From Campylobacterales bacterium (lineage in GTDB: Bacteria > Campylobacterota > Campylobacteria > Campylobacterales > Sulfurimonadaceae): a stretch of DNA of 27,446 bases. Positions 8,290 through 18,231 of the stretch are shown piece after piece. The stretch spans positions 1 to 27,446 of the forward strand of contig JBBRBK010000024.1 of assembly GCA_038205935.1 (NCBI GenBank). Reading direction: 5' to 3'. How positions within the stretch are numbered: position 1 is the first letter of the stretch; each line of letters opens with the position of its first letter. The notes beneath the pieces were generated by a model. That model was not told the origin of the DNA, ran no database searches, and saw nothing but the letters and a program-made list of their open reading frames with translations. The position numbers and the translations under genes were made by a program.

Positions 8290-10422
8290 ATGACAATTTC
8301 GCAAGACAATAAAAAAGTACTGTTACTTATTACGATAGCGTATCTATTTAGTATCGCAGTCCGATTGATCTGGGTGTATCAGTTTCATGGATACGAACCG
8401 TTTATGTTTAACGGACAATTTATGATAAATACGAATGATGGGTATTTCTTTGCAGAGGGTGCAAGAGATCTTGTTGCCGGTTTTCATCAAACTGGTGATT
8501 TATCCCCTGTGGACGGTGCTACTTCTCAGTTAACATATGCATTGGTGAAAATATTGCCTTTTTCATTTGAGAGTATTGTCTTTTATTTACCGGCAGTTTT
8601 AGGTTCACTCCTTGTCATACCGATTATCTTGATTTCATATAGTATTAAACGTCTTGATATGGGCTTTATTGCGGCCCTTCTTGCTTCGATAGCTTGGAGT
8701 TACTATAATCGTACTATGGTTGGATATTATGATACAGATATGCTTACTATCGTTTTGCCGACTTTTTTACTTTGGTCTATAATCTGGGCAATCAATTCAA
8801 ATCAGGATAAATTTCTTCTGATAACTGCGCTTGATATTTTAGTTTACAGATGGTGGTATCCACAAAGTATTGCACTAGAATCTGCTTTCTTTGGACTTAT
8901 CCTTGTTTATGCACTTTTCTTCGATAGAAAAAATAGTTACAATTTTAAACTTTTGGCAATTATGCTTTTTGCGATGATGATGACGAGTGAACTTATTCGT
9001 TTGCCTATCGTTGTGGCTCTTTATTTAATCTTTAAAAATAAGAAGTTTGATAAGTATGTTTATTATTTTCTTGGAGCAGGAGTTCTTGCATTTTTTGCAA
9101 GCGGTGGTTTGGATCCTATCACAGTAAGATTAAAAGCATATGTTTTTAGAGATAGTGTAGATGCTTCAACTGCTGGACTTGGGCTTCATTTCTTTACAGT
9201 TATGCAAACTGTCCGTGAAGCGGGACATGTTCCATTTTCTGAGTTTGCAAGTAGAATCAGCGGGAATCCTATTACCTTCATCCTCTCGATTGCAGGATAT
9301 ATCTGGCTTTCATACAGATATCGTGTGATGCTTTTAGCACTTCCTTTGATTGGTCTTGGCTTTTTAGCAGAGAGTGGCGGACTTCGTTTTACTATCTATG
9401 CCGTCGTTCCATTGGCTTTTGGTGTCGCGTTTATTATCTCTGAGATTGCAAAGAAAATGCCGAGTTATTTTATGCAGTATGCGACACTTTTTGTTGGTGC
9501 ACTTTTGGTTTTACTCCCAAATGTCTTGCATGTAAAAGAGTATCAAGTACCAACTGTTTTTAATAAAGATGAAGTCGTTATGCTTGATAAACTAAAACAA
9601 AAAACAAGTAGGGAAGATTATATTATCAGTTGGTGGGATTTTGGCTATCCTCTTCGTTATTATGCAGATATGTTTACTTTGGTAGATGGAGCAAAACATG
9701 ATGGCGATGTGAATTTTCCTGTGAGTTATATTTTAACAAAACCCCAAGACGCTGCAGCTAAAATGGCAAGACTTGATGTGGAATATGACGCGCGCGCACT
9801 TAAAGTTTCAGATGAGAATGCTAAAAAAAGTGAAGCAAACCAGACTAAAGTTGCTTCAAATATAGAAGAGATGACAAAAGCAAACGGCTTTAAAGACACA
9901 AACGATTTTTTAAGTGCATTAGAAAGTGGGGCAAATATTACTTTGCCTAAAAAGACAAAAGATGTGTACCTTTATCTTCCATACAGAATGCTCAGTATCT
10001 ATCCGACTGTTACACTCTTTTCAAATCTTGATCTTATGAGTGGTAGCAGATATGCAGATCCTATTTTCTTCGCTTCGCAAGCTACAAATGAAGATGAACA
10101 TTTTATCTATCTTCAAAATGGAATTTCCATCAACAAAACAACTGCTAGTGTGAAGTTTGGAGATAAAGAGATGCCAATCAACAGATTTATAAAAACAGGA
10201 TATGAAAAAGATGGGAAACTCAGTATTGACACCAAACAGTTAAACTCTATGGCAAGCATCACTGTGATTTACATGGCAAGTTATGGGCAGTTTTTGATTC
10301 TCGATGAAGCAAGTTTTAATTCTACATACGTGCAACTTTTTGTACTTGAACATTATGACAAAAATCTTTATGAGGCAGTTGAAATGACTCCGTATGCAAA
10401 AATATATAAGTTAAAGATCTAG
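8290..10422 (+). CDS. pglB: STT3/PglB oligosaccharyltransferase (N-glycosylation)
   Basis: INTNDGY, SYYNRTMVGYYDTDM, TVRE, GLRFTIYA, WWDFGY (variant of WWDYG), DGAKH; multi-TM N-terminal half. Confidence 0.93.
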   Translation: MTISQDNKKVLLLITIAYLFSIAVRLIWVYQFHGYEPFMFNGQFMINTNDGYFFAEGARDLVAGFHQTGDLSPVDGATSQLTYALVKILPFSFESIVFYLPAVLGSLLVIPIILISYSIKRLDMGFIAALLASIAWSYYNRTMVGYYDTDMLTIVLPTFLLWSIIWAINSNQDKFLLITALDILVYRWWYPQSIALESAFFGLILVYALFFDRKNSYNFKLLAIMLFAMMMTSELIRLPIVVALYLIFKNKKFDKYVYYFLGAGVLAFFASGGLDPITVRLKAYVFRDSVDASTAGLGLHFFTVMQTVREAGHVPFSEFASRISGNPITFILSIAGYIWLSYRYRVMLLALPLIGLGFLAESGGLRFTIYAVVPLAFGVAFIISEIAKKMPSYFMQYATLFVGALLVLLPNVLHVKEYQVPTVFNKDEVVMLDKLKQKTSREDYIISWWDFGYPLRYYADMFTLVDGAKHDGDVNFPVSYILTKPQDAAAKMARLDVEYDARALKVSDENAKKSEANQTKVASNIEEMTKANGFKDTNDFLSALESGANITLPKKTKDVYLYLPYRMLSIYPTVTLFSNLDLMSGSRYADPIFFASQATNEDEHFIYLQNGISINKTTASVKFGDKEMPINRFIKTGYEKDGKLSIDTKQLNSMASITVIYMASYGQFLILDEASFNSTYVQLFVLEHYDKNLYEAVEMTPYAKIYKLKI

Positions 10423-10426
10423 TCCG

Positions 10427-10825
10427 ATGAGAGTAGCTGTTAAATGCGAATCTCCGCTTCTTCAAAGAAGTGTGGAACTATTTTTAGATAAAGAACTCAG
10501 TCCTATTAAAAACTGCGATATCGTTGTGAGTGACCAAAAGCTTGATATTGATAAAAAAACGCTTTACATCTCAAATGAGAGTGACGGAGATCTAATAAAA
10601 CCATTTTCAAAATCTCAGCTTGTTTTGGCTTTAGAAAAAGTGATGAACGATGAGAAAGAAAGTAAAAGTTTTCTTTCTATGATAGAAGAATTAGAACAAA
10701 AAGAAAGTTTTGAAACTACAGATAAAGGGTTAGATTTCAAATTTTTACAAGATAGAATCGAGCAACTTACACAAGAGTATCAAGAAAATTTAATCAAGAC
10801 AATAAGAGCATTTTATGAAAAATAG
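10427..10825 (+). CDS. Conserved hypothetical protein upstream of rsmD
   Basis: 132-aa ORF tightly packed between pglB and rsmD; C.SPLLQ.S..LFL N-terminus, LIKPFS motif, coiled-coil-like C-terminus. Confidence 0.7.
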   Translation: MRVAVKCESPLLQRSVELFLDKELSPIKNCDIVVSDQKLDIDKKTLYISNESDGDLIKPFSKSQLVLALEKVMNDEKESKSFLSMIEELEQKESFETTDKGLDFKFLQDRIEQLTQEYQENLIKTIRAFYEK

Positions 10826-11402
10826 TACAAATTTTACAAAAAAAATTATCGCTGGCAAGTACAAGGGAAAAACGCTTAAACTCCCTAGTAAAACAACAAC
10901 ACGTACTTCAAAAGTCATAGTATTGGAATCTTTTTTTAACACAATACAGTTTGGAATTATGGATGCCATTTTTGTTGAGGTATTTTCTGGAAGTGGTTCT
11001 GTAGGTTTAGAAGCGCTTAGTCGCGGCGCTAAAAAAATCATTTTTATGGAAAAAGATAGAGATGCTTTGAAAATATTACATGAAAACATTGCACAAACTG
11101 ATCCTGCTGCATGTGAAGTACTAAGTGGAGACAGTTTTACAAATATCAAAACGGCTATCACAAGGATAAAAAGTTTTGGAGAAAGTGCTTACCTTTATAT
11201 AGATCCCCCTTTTTCCGTTCGTGAGGGGATGGAAGATATCTATGACAAGATGATTGAACTTATCCGTGAGTTTCCTCATGAACTTTGTGAAATGGTTATT
11301 ATAGAGCATATGAGCTCACTTGAACTACCTGAAGTTATAGCACAGTACACTAAAATGAAAACAAAAAAATTCGGAAACACTTCTTTAACTTACTACAACT
11401 AA
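10815..11402 (+). CDS. rsmD: 16S rRNA m2G966 methyltransferase
   Basis: IIAGKYKG..L, SAM motif EVFSGSGSVGLEALSRGA, YIDPPF, KKFG. Confidence 0.9.
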   Translation: MKNSTNFTKKIIAGKYKGKTLKLPSKTTTRTSKVIVLESFFNTIQFGIMDAIFVEVFSGSGSVGLEALSRGAKKIIFMEKDRDALKILHENIAQTDPAACEVLSGDSFTNIKTAITRIKSFGESAYLYIDPPFSVREGMEDIYDKMIELIREFPHELCEMVIIEHMSSLELPEVIAQYTKMKTKKFGNTSLTYYN

Positions 11403-11405
11403 TTT

Positions 11406-11421
11406 TGGAACATAAATTGCT
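11406..11421 (+). promoter_or_regulatory. sigma54 (RpoN) -24/-12 promoter of flgI
   Basis: TGGAACATAAATTGCT: GG (11407-11408) and GC (11419-11420) separated by 10 nt, upstream of flgI. Confidence 0.85.
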
Positions 11422-11449
11422 ACTTTGCTCTTAAGAAGCAAGGATAGCA

Positions 11450-12496
11450 ATGAAATCATTTTTACTACTTTTAATACTGTCATTAGCACTTGAGGCGACG
11501 AAGATAAAAGATGTCTCATCTATCGTCGGCGTCAGAGAAAATCAGGTTATTGGTTACTCTTTGGTCGTCGGTTTGAAAAAAACAGGTGATGGAACAACTT
11601 CAAAATTTACTTTACAATCGATCGCAAATATGCTTAAAGCTATGAATATCGATATGAATCCTGCAGATATCAAGTCTAAAAATGTTGCAGCTGTTGTTGT
11701 AACGGCTAAAATAGGCGCATTTACAAGACAGGGTGATAAACTTGATGTTACGGTCTCTTCTATCGGAGATGCACAGTCGTTACAAGGCGGTACACTTTTG
11801 ATGACACCTCTAAAGGGAGTTGACGGGAAGATTTACGCACTTGCACAAGGTCCTGTGAGTATCGGCGGAAAAAATGAGCGTGGAGCAGGTGCAGATTCTC
11901 ATCCAACTGCAGGTCTTGTATATGGTGGCGGTATGATAGAACGTGAGATAGATGTAGATATCGCTCATCAGCAATACGCGACACTCTCTTTGAAGGAATC
12001 AAATTTTGAAAATGCAGTTGCTGTGCAAAAAGCTATTAATGCAACATATAATTCACAAATAGCGGTAGCCCTTGACTCTCGCACTATTAAATTGCAACGA
12101 CCAACAAACCAGTCAATGGTAGAGTTTCTCTCAAAAGTTGAAAATATCAATATGGACTATACGCCTGAAAGTAAAATTGTTATCAACGAAAGAACTGGGA
12201 CTATCATTGCCGGTGTTGATATAGAAGTGAAACCCGTTGTCATCACTCAAGGGGACATCACCATAAAAATAAAGCCATCTGCGCAGGCTGAATCTCCAGC
12301 AGGAGCGGTGAAACTAGATAATGATCTTGTCATTGGCTTAAATCAAAATGAGGTTTATACAAAAACTGGAACAACAACGGTCGCAAATATTGTAAGATCG
12401 TTGCAAAAACTTGGTGCGACTCCAAAAGCAATTATCTCTATACTTGAAGCAATGAAAAGTGCGGGTTCTATTTCAGCTGAACTGGAGGTTATATAA
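11450..12496 (+). CDS. flgI: Flagellar P-ring protein
   Basis: Signal peptide, KIKD...GVRENQVIGYSLVVGL..TGD, KNVAAVVVTA, SLQGGTLLMTPL, INERTGTI. Confidence 0.97.
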   Translation: MKSFLLLLILSLALEATKIKDVSSIVGVRENQVIGYSLVVGLKKTGDGTTSKFTLQSIANMLKAMNIDMNPADIKSKNVAAVVVTAKIGAFTRQGDKLDVTVSSIGDAQSLQGGTLLMTPLKGVDGKIYALAQGPVSIGGKNERGAGADSHPTAGLVYGGGMIEREIDVDIAHQQYATLSLKESNFENAVAVQKAINATYNSQIAVALDSRTIKLQRPTNQSMVEFLSKVENINMDYTPESKIVINERTGTIIAGVDIEVKPVVITQGDITIKIKPSAQAESPAGAVKLDNDLVIGLNQNEVYTKTGTTTVANIVRSLQKLGATPKAIISILEAMKSAGSISAELEVI

Positions 12497-12816
12497 TGAG
12501 CAGTCTAATAGGTTCAACATCTATGCAACAGGCTTTATTGTCTAATGATGTGAGTTCTACTCCAAAGATCACAGCAACGCAAGATGATAAAAAACTGCGT
12601 GAGCAGACGGATGCATTTGAATCGGTTATCATAAAAATGATGATGGATGATGCGATGAAGGATGAAAAGAGTCTTTTTAGTTCTCAAAATGATCCAGGAG
12701 ATAAGATGTATCAGTCTATGTATCGTGATGAACTCAGCAAGCAAAGTGCCGGAAGTTTTGGATTTTCACAGATGTTATATGATTTTTTGAGTCAAAAACA
12801 AGTAAAGCCAAGTTAA
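12496..12816 (+). CDS. flgJ: Rod-binding FlgJ (single domain, no muramidase)
   Basis: KLRE..DAFES..IK.MM, MY...LS...GFSQMLY; follows flgI with a 1-nt overlap. Confidence 0.85.
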   Translation: MSSLIGSTSMQQALLSNDVSSTPKITATQDDKKLREQTDAFESVIIKMMMDDAMKDEKSLFSSQNDPGDKMYQSMYRDELSKQSAGSFGFSQMLYDFLSQKQVKPS

Positions 12817-12840
12817 AAGAAAATGTGCATTTGCCGATAT
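12814..12840 (+). promoter_or_regulatory. sigma28 (FliA) promoter of flgM-flgN-flgK
   Basis: TAAA (12814-12817), 15 bp spacer, GCCGATAT (12833-12840). Confidence 0.85.
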
Positions 12841-12896
12841 GAGAGTATAAATAATAAACTAAATACTACTCTTTATATGAGAGGCAAGGATTACCG

Positions 12897-13106
12897 ATGA
12901 TAAATCAGTTAAATAGCGCGGTTGGAAGTGCGGCTTTTCAAAGTACAAATGCTGAAGTAAAGTCTAATACAAAAAAAACAGAGCAAATGAATAAAGATGC
13001 TGATATGAGTAAAGTCGATCAGTTAAAAGGTTCAATAGCATCTGGAGAATATAAACTTGATCTCTCTACGCTTTCAAAGCGTATTGCCGATGAGTTAATG
13101 CAATAA
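12897..13106 (+). CDS. flgM: Anti-sigma28 factor
   Basis: KVDQLK.SIASGEYKLD....KRIA C-terminal motif; position between flgJ and flgN. Confidence 0.9.
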   Translation: MINQLNSAVGSAAFQSTNAEVKSNTKKTEQMNKDADMSKVDQLKGSIASGEYKLDLSTLSKRIADELMQ

Positions 13107-13123
13107 AGAATCAGGAGTTTAAA

Positions 13124-13552
13124 ATGCTGTTACACCATTTACAAAGTGCGGTTGGAGACTTAAAAGATCTTATACGCATGACAGAGACTGATATTGAGAA
13201 CATAAAAGAAGCAAAGCAAACTCCTCAGTTTGATCGCTTACCGCTTAAAGATGAAAAAATTAAGAGTTTTGAATCTAAAAAAGCTATGATTGATCATGAA
13301 ATATCAAAGCTCATGAGCACAAGTCCACAGAAGGATCTTGCGAATTTGTTAAATGGTGAAGAACATGATGCACTTGGTGAACTAAGAGATGAACTTTCAA
13401 ACTTAAGAGTAACAAATCAAAAATATGCAAAAATGGTTTTGACCGTCAGTTCATTTTATAATACTTTGTTAGAGCGTATCGTTCCTACAGAGATGAATGG
13501 ATATCAAAGAGTCGCGTCAAAAAACCCATCATTTTTGGAAATTAGAGCGTAG
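13124..13552 (+). CDS. flgN: Flagellar export chaperone FlgN-like
   Basis: Helical 142-aa protein between flgM and flgK; AGGAG RBS. Confidence 0.75.
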   Translation: MLLHHLQSAVGDLKDLIRMTETDIENIKEAKQTPQFDRLPLKDEKIKSFESKKAMIDHEISKLMSTSPQKDLANLLNGEEHDALGELRDELSNLRVTNQKYAKMVLTVSSFYNTLLERIVPTEMNGYQRVASKNPSFLEIRA

Positions 13553-13555
13553 GTC

Positions 13556-15424
13556 ATGGCATCAATATTTAACTCTCTTCACATCGGATATTCAGGACTG
13601 AATGCAGCGCAGGTTGCAATAGATACGACTGGACACAATATTACAAATGCCAATACAGACGGGTACAGTCGTCAGCGAGTAATGACGCAGGCTGCTCCAC
13701 CGATCAATCTTACTCCCGGTGCAGTGGGCAATGGAACTCAGATACAGCAAATCGCACGTATTTTTGATCAATTTACTTTTAATAGTTATACTTCTTCCTC
13801 TGCTGATAAACAGGCATCAGATTTTACAAAAAGTACATTGCAACAAGTTTCAACTTATTTTCCTGAAATAGATGGTGTTGGAATCAAGTCAGATTTGAGT
13901 GCTTATTATAATATGTGGCAATCTTTGGCTGATAATCCTGATAACAATGCGGTAAAAGTAGCATTAGCACAGCAAACACAGGTATTAACCCAACATATTC
14001 AAAGTACACAAACCCAAGTTTCTTCACTTCAAAGCCAGTTGAATACTCAATTAAAAACAAATATTGACGAAGTAAATAATATTGCAAAACAGATAGCAAG
14101 TTTAAATACAGCCATTGGAACTACTGAAGCGGGTGGTGCCAATAATGCAAATGATTTAAGAGATCAAAGAGGGACTCTCGAACTTTCGTTAGCTAACCTT
14201 GTTGGTGCAAATGTGATGTCTGGTCAGATAGAATCAAATAATGCAGTTGATTCTAGTATGGCAATTAAAAATGGTAGTTATAGTATCAGTGTTAATGGTT
14301 TCAATATTGTTGATGGATCAGGGTATCATCCTATAGGTTTGGATAACACTTCAAGTAAAAGTGGTATGTATTCGCTTTATTATCAGCGTCAAGATGGTGC
14401 TCAGATACCATTTACTCAAAATATAACTGGTGGCAGTGTCGGTGCTCTTTTAAATCTTAGAGGATCTGAGGTAGGTGCTGATGGAAAGCCGACAAACGGT
14501 GTCCTTCAGGGTATAAGTGATCAATTAGATATGTTTGCAACAGGTTTGATCCAAAGTACAAACAATGTTTATGCACAGAGTGCAACAACTTCTATGCAGT
14601 CAAATCCAGTGATCTCAAACCCATCAGATGCGCTGACAAATACAGGTTTAGGAATCAAAAAAGGCAGTTTTGACTTAATTGTATATGATATTAATGGAAA
14701 TGTAGCTGCAAAGCGTACTATTAATGTTGATGATTTGACTACTTTTACCTCAGGTACAAATTCTATTCAAGCACAGGTTGCTGCAAGTAAAGATGATAAT
14801 GCTGATAATAATGCAAATAATGATGTTAATTCTTTTCTTTCTGTAAGTTATTCAAATGGCTCGTTAGGGGTCAATTTAAAAGATAGCAGTTTGCAATCGC
14901 AAGGGTATACTTTCGCTATAAAAGACAATTTAGATTCAAATAATAGTTTTGGTTCGGGAACAAATTTTGCGGGAGCTATGGGGCTCAATAAATTTTTTGA
15001 TGGAACTGATGCAAGTAATATAGATCTGGCTAGTAAACTCAAAAAAGATCCTACGCAAATTGCCGCTAACACGGCACCAACTTCTGGTAATAATGCAATT
15101 GCTATGGCAATGGTTCAGTCACAATTTGAAAATATCAAATTTACACAAAAAAATAGTGGTGCTACTTATAGTGATACAACCTATGGGATGTTTGATACTA
15201 TTGCTACAACTGTTGGATCTCAAACAAATGCGGCAATAGCTGCAAATGATACAATAACAGCCCGTTACACAGCAGCACAACAGGAGTATAACTCTGTTTC
15301 AAAAGTCAACATGGATGAAGAGATGACAAATCTTATTAAGTATCAAACTTCATACGGTGCATGTGCAAAAATTATTACGACTATTGATCAAATGATGACG
15401 ACGCTTCTTGGTATCAAACAGTAA
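13556..15424 (+). CDS. flgK: Flagellar hook-associated protein 1
   Basis: SGLNAAQ.AIDTTGHNITNANTDGYSRQRV N-terminus; NDLRDQR; VSKVNMDEEMTNLIKYQ C-terminus. Confidence 0.97.
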   Translation: MASIFNSLHIGYSGLNAAQVAIDTTGHNITNANTDGYSRQRVMTQAAPPINLTPGAVGNGTQIQQIARIFDQFTFNSYTSSSADKQASDFTKSTLQQVSTYFPEIDGVGIKSDLSAYYNMWQSLADNPDNNAVKVALAQQTQVLTQHIQSTQTQVSSLQSQLNTQLKTNIDEVNNIAKQIASLNTAIGTTEAGGANNANDLRDQRGTLELSLANLVGANVMSGQIESNNAVDSSMAIKNGSYSISVNGFNIVDGSGYHPIGLDNTSSKSGMYSLYYQRQDGAQIPFTQNITGGSVGALLNLRGSEVGADGKPTNGVLQGISDQLDMFATGLIQSTNNVYAQSATTSMQSNPVISNPSDALTNTGLGIKKGSFDLIVYDINGNVAAKRTINVDDLTTFTSGTNSIQAQVAASKDDNADNNANNDVNSFLSVSYSNGSLGVNLKDSSLQSQGYTFAIKDNLDSNNSFGSGTNFAGAMGLNKFFDGTDASNIDLASKLKKDPTQIAANTAPTSGNNAIAMAMVQSQFENIKFTQKNSGATYSDTTYGMFDTIATTVGSQTNAAIAANDTITARYTAAQQEYNSVSKVNMDEEMTNLIKYQTSYGACAKIITTIDQMMTTLLGIKQ

Positions 15425-15436
15425 AGTGATTTTCAT

Positions 15437-16237
15437 TTGATTCCTTACGTTAGCATTGCGATTTTAATTTTTGTGATGCTTTTTAGTTTTGTAGGATCTT
15501 TTTTTTATACTGCCTCTCCAACAGCTTTACATGTAAGCGCAATATTAAGTTCTCCTTCATTAACATATTTTCTTGGAACTGACAGACTCGGACGAGATCT
15601 TTTAGCACGTTTAATCGAAGGTGGACAAGTTTCTTTACTTATTGGAATACTGAGCGCCTTTTTATCTACGTTCATCGGTCTTATAGTCGGCGCTACTGCA
15701 GGATATTTTAAAGGAAAAACAGATAAAACTTTCGTTTTGATAGTAGACTTGTTTTTAACTTTTCCAACTTTCTTTTTACTTTTGGCACTTGTGAGTTATG
15801 TGAACGCTTCCGTTTGGGTGTTGGTACTCATCATATCTATCACAGGCTGGATGACAACAGCGAGGCTTGTGAGAAGCGAGAGTTATTCTATTAGCGCACA
15901 GCCTTATATTAAGATACTTCGTATTGCTAATGTTTCCAAGGTAAAGATAATTTTAAAATATTATGTACCGCTTTTGGCACCAATATTTTTTGTCAGTTTT
16001 ACCTTTGGAGTTGGAGGCGCTATTCTTGCAGAATCGGCTCTGAGTTTTTTAGGTCTTGGCATTGTAGCTCCGCAGATGAGCTGGGGAAGTATTATGAGTG
16101 ATGGAAAAGAGGTGATACAAATCGCTTGGTGGGTCAGTTTTTTTCCTGGACTTTTGATTTTTTTGATTACTTTTTCACTCATAAATATTTCAAACTTTTT
16201 ACAACAACTTACAAATCAAAAAGAGATTAGAAGCTAA
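15437..16237 (+). CDS. Peptide/nickel ABC transporter permease (DppC/OppC-like)
   Basis: LGTDRLGRDLLARL, ILAESALSFLGLG, SWG.I; TTG start. Confidence 0.88.
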   Translation: MIPYVSIAILIFVMLFSFVGSFFYTASPTALHVSAILSSPSLTYFLGTDRLGRDLLARLIEGGQVSLLIGILSAFLSTFIGLIVGATAGYFKGKTDKTFVLIVDLFLTFPTFFLLLALVSYVNASVWVLVLIISITGWMTTARLVRSESYSISAQPYIKILRIANVSKVKIILKYYVPLLAPIFFVSFTFGVGGAILAESALSFLGLGIVAPQMSWGSIMSDGKEVIQIAWWVSFFPGLLIFLITFSLINISNFLQQLTNQKEIRS

Positions 16238-16286
16238 TTTTTTAACATCTGCTATAATAAATGAGATTAAGTCAGATGGAGAAAAG

Positions 16287-17645
16287 ATGCTAGATATTAT
16301 AAAAAATGAATTCGATAAATTTAAAGAATCAAATTGTGCAGATGACGCTATATTTTTTCAAGCGATGGAAGAGGTAATAACCTCTATTGCACCTTTACTG
16401 GAGTCTGATGCAAGATATAAAAGACATGCTATTTTAGATCGCCTTATCATTCCAGATAGAATTATAAAATTTAAAGTTACATGGATGGATGATCAGCAAA
16501 AGATTCAAGTAAATACGGGCTACAGAATTCAATTCAATAACTCTCTTGGGCCCTATAAAGGGGGACTTCGCTTTCATCCAACGGTGAACGAGGGAATACT
16601 GAAATTTTTGGGATTCGAGCAGATACTTAAAAATTCTCTTACAGGTCTTCCACTAGGTGGTGCAAAGGGAGGAAGTGATTTCGATCCTAAAGGTAAAAGT
16701 GATTTTGAAATTATGAAGTTTTGTTCTTCATTTATGACAGAACTTCATAAATACATTGGACCGAGAATGGATGTTCCAGCTGGGGACATCGGCGTAGGTG
16801 CACGTGAGATAGGATATCTTTTTGGTGAGTATAAAAAAATAACATCTACATATGAGGGTGTTCTCACAGGAAAACCTTTTATATTCGGAGGATCTTTAAT
16901 GCGTCCTGAAGCGACAGGATATGGAGTTGTCTATTTTACTGAAGCGATGTTGGAGCAAGAGAGAAAAGAACCGCTTAAAGGGAAAGTATGTACAGTCAGC
17001 GGTGCAGGAAATGTGGCAATCTATACTATAGAAAAACTTCAATCACTTGGAGCGATTGTTGTCACTTGTTCAGACTCTACGGGAACACTCTATGATTGTC
17101 GAGGAATTGATCTAAAATTGATTAAAGAGATTAAACTTGAGCGAAGAGGTTCTTTAAGCGAATATTCGAGTGTTCATAAAGAAGCCAATTATATTCCTGT
17201 GGCAGATTATCCTGATGGAGGACATTCTGTTTGGAGTATTCCTTGTTACGCGGCATTTCCATGTGCGACGCAAAATGAGTTGACAAAAGTAGATGCCGAT
17301 AACCTTATAAAAAATGGTTGTGTTTCTGTGAGTGAAGGGGCAAATATGCCATCAACTCCTGAAGCTACAGAGCTCTTTTTAACCCATAAGATATGCTTTG
17401 CTCCTGCAAAAGCTGCAAATGCTGGTGGAGTTTCTGTGAGTGAGTTTGAGATGAGTCAAAATGCTTCTATGCAAAAATGGTCTTTTGCAAAAGTGGATGA
17501 AAAGCTCAAAGAAACAATGCAGCAAATTTGTAAGCGTATCGCTTTAACAGCAAAAGATTATGGAGTTGAAGGGAATTATATAGATGGAGCAAATATCGCA
17601 GGGTTTAAGAGAGTCGCAGATGCGATGATTGCAGAGGGGATTTGA
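16287..17645 (+). CDS. gdhA: NADP-specific glutamate dehydrogenase
   Basis: GPYKGGLRFHP, GGAKGGSDFDPKG, DVPAGDIGVG, RPEATGYG, GAGNVA, PCATQNE, EGANMP. Confidence 0.96.
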   Translation: MLDIIKNEFDKFKESNCADDAIFFQAMEEVITSIAPLLESDARYKRHAILDRLIIPDRIIKFKVTWMDDQQKIQVNTGYRIQFNNSLGPYKGGLRFHPTVNEGILKFLGFEQILKNSLTGLPLGGAKGGSDFDPKGKSDFEIMKFCSSFMTELHKYIGPRMDVPAGDIGVGAREIGYLFGEYKKITSTYEGVLTGKPFIFGGSLMRPEATGYGVVYFTEAMLEQERKEPLKGKVCTVSGAGNVAIYTIEKLQSLGAIVVTCSDSTGTLYDCRGIDLKLIKEIKLERRGSLSEYSSVHKEANYIPVADYPDGGHSVWSIPCYAAFPCATQNELTKVDADNLIKNGCVSVSEGANMPSTPEATELFLTHKICFAPAKAANAGGVSVSEFEMSQNASMQKWSFAKVDEKLKETMQQICKRIALTAKDYGVEGNYIDGANIAGFKRVADAMIAEGI

Positions 17646-17652
17646 AACTTTC

Positions 17653-17698
17653 AAGGCCTTGCTAGGCCTTCAGGGCACTTCGCATGCGGAGTGCCCTG
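17653..17698. terminator. Tandem GC-rich hairpins between convergent gdhA and pgpA
   Basis: AAGGCCT-TGCT-AGGCCTT (17653-17670) and CAGGGCACTTCGC-AT-GCGGAGTGCCCTG (17671-17698). Confidence 0.55.
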
Positions 17699-17714
17699 TG
17701 GGTGTAAGGCTTTT

Positions 17715-18224
17715 CTATGCAAAATATGGTAAAAGTTTTAACCAGATTTGCCACAAAAATGCCGCTGATATACCAGCCGCAAAACCTGCGACAACGTCAT
17801 CGAGCATTACTCCAAGACCGCCACTCATATTTCTATCTATTCTTCCTATTATGGAAGGTTTTGCAATATCAAAATATCTAAAAAATGCAAATGCTAAAAG
17901 TGATTGAATTAAAAATCCATTTGAAAAATCAAAAATATCACTGAAGTTTATCATCGTTCCCGGAGCGATAGAAAGGGCAAACCACATTCCAGCAAGCTCG
18001 TCTATAACAATACTTTTATCATCATGCGTACCGCTTGTTGCCTCATAACGGTTGATCTCTTTTACTGCAATAGCAGAGATAAGCAGTGTAAGTGTAAACA
18101 TAAGCTGATTACCAAGATAGGCAAGGGCAGGGATTCCAATTAAAAGTGCTACAAAAGAGCCCATAGTTCCGGGAGCTTTTGGATAGAACCCGCTGTATCC
18201 TAAAGTTATAAAAAAACGATTCAT
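17715..18224 (-). CDS. pgpA: Phosphatidylglycerophosphatase A
   Basis: G..PKAPGT.GS, HDDKSIVIDELAGM, FRYFDIAKP, GVMLDDVVAG. Confidence 0.95.
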   Translation of the reverse strand: MNRFFITLGYSGFYPKAPGTMGSFVALLIGIPALAYLGNQLMFTLTLLISAIAVKEINRYEATSGTHDDKSIVIDELAGMWFALSIAPGTMINFSDIFDFSNGFLIQSLLAFAFFRYFDIAKPSIIGRIDRNMSGGLGVMLDDVVAGFAAGISAAFLWQIWLKLLPYFA

Positions 18225-18231
18225 AAAAATC

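Noticed and set aside
14791..14829. GATAAT/AAT quasi-repeats in flgK (DDNADNNANNDVN)
   Set aside because: Low-complexity Asn/Asp loop in the variable domain of FlgK, not an independent repeat element
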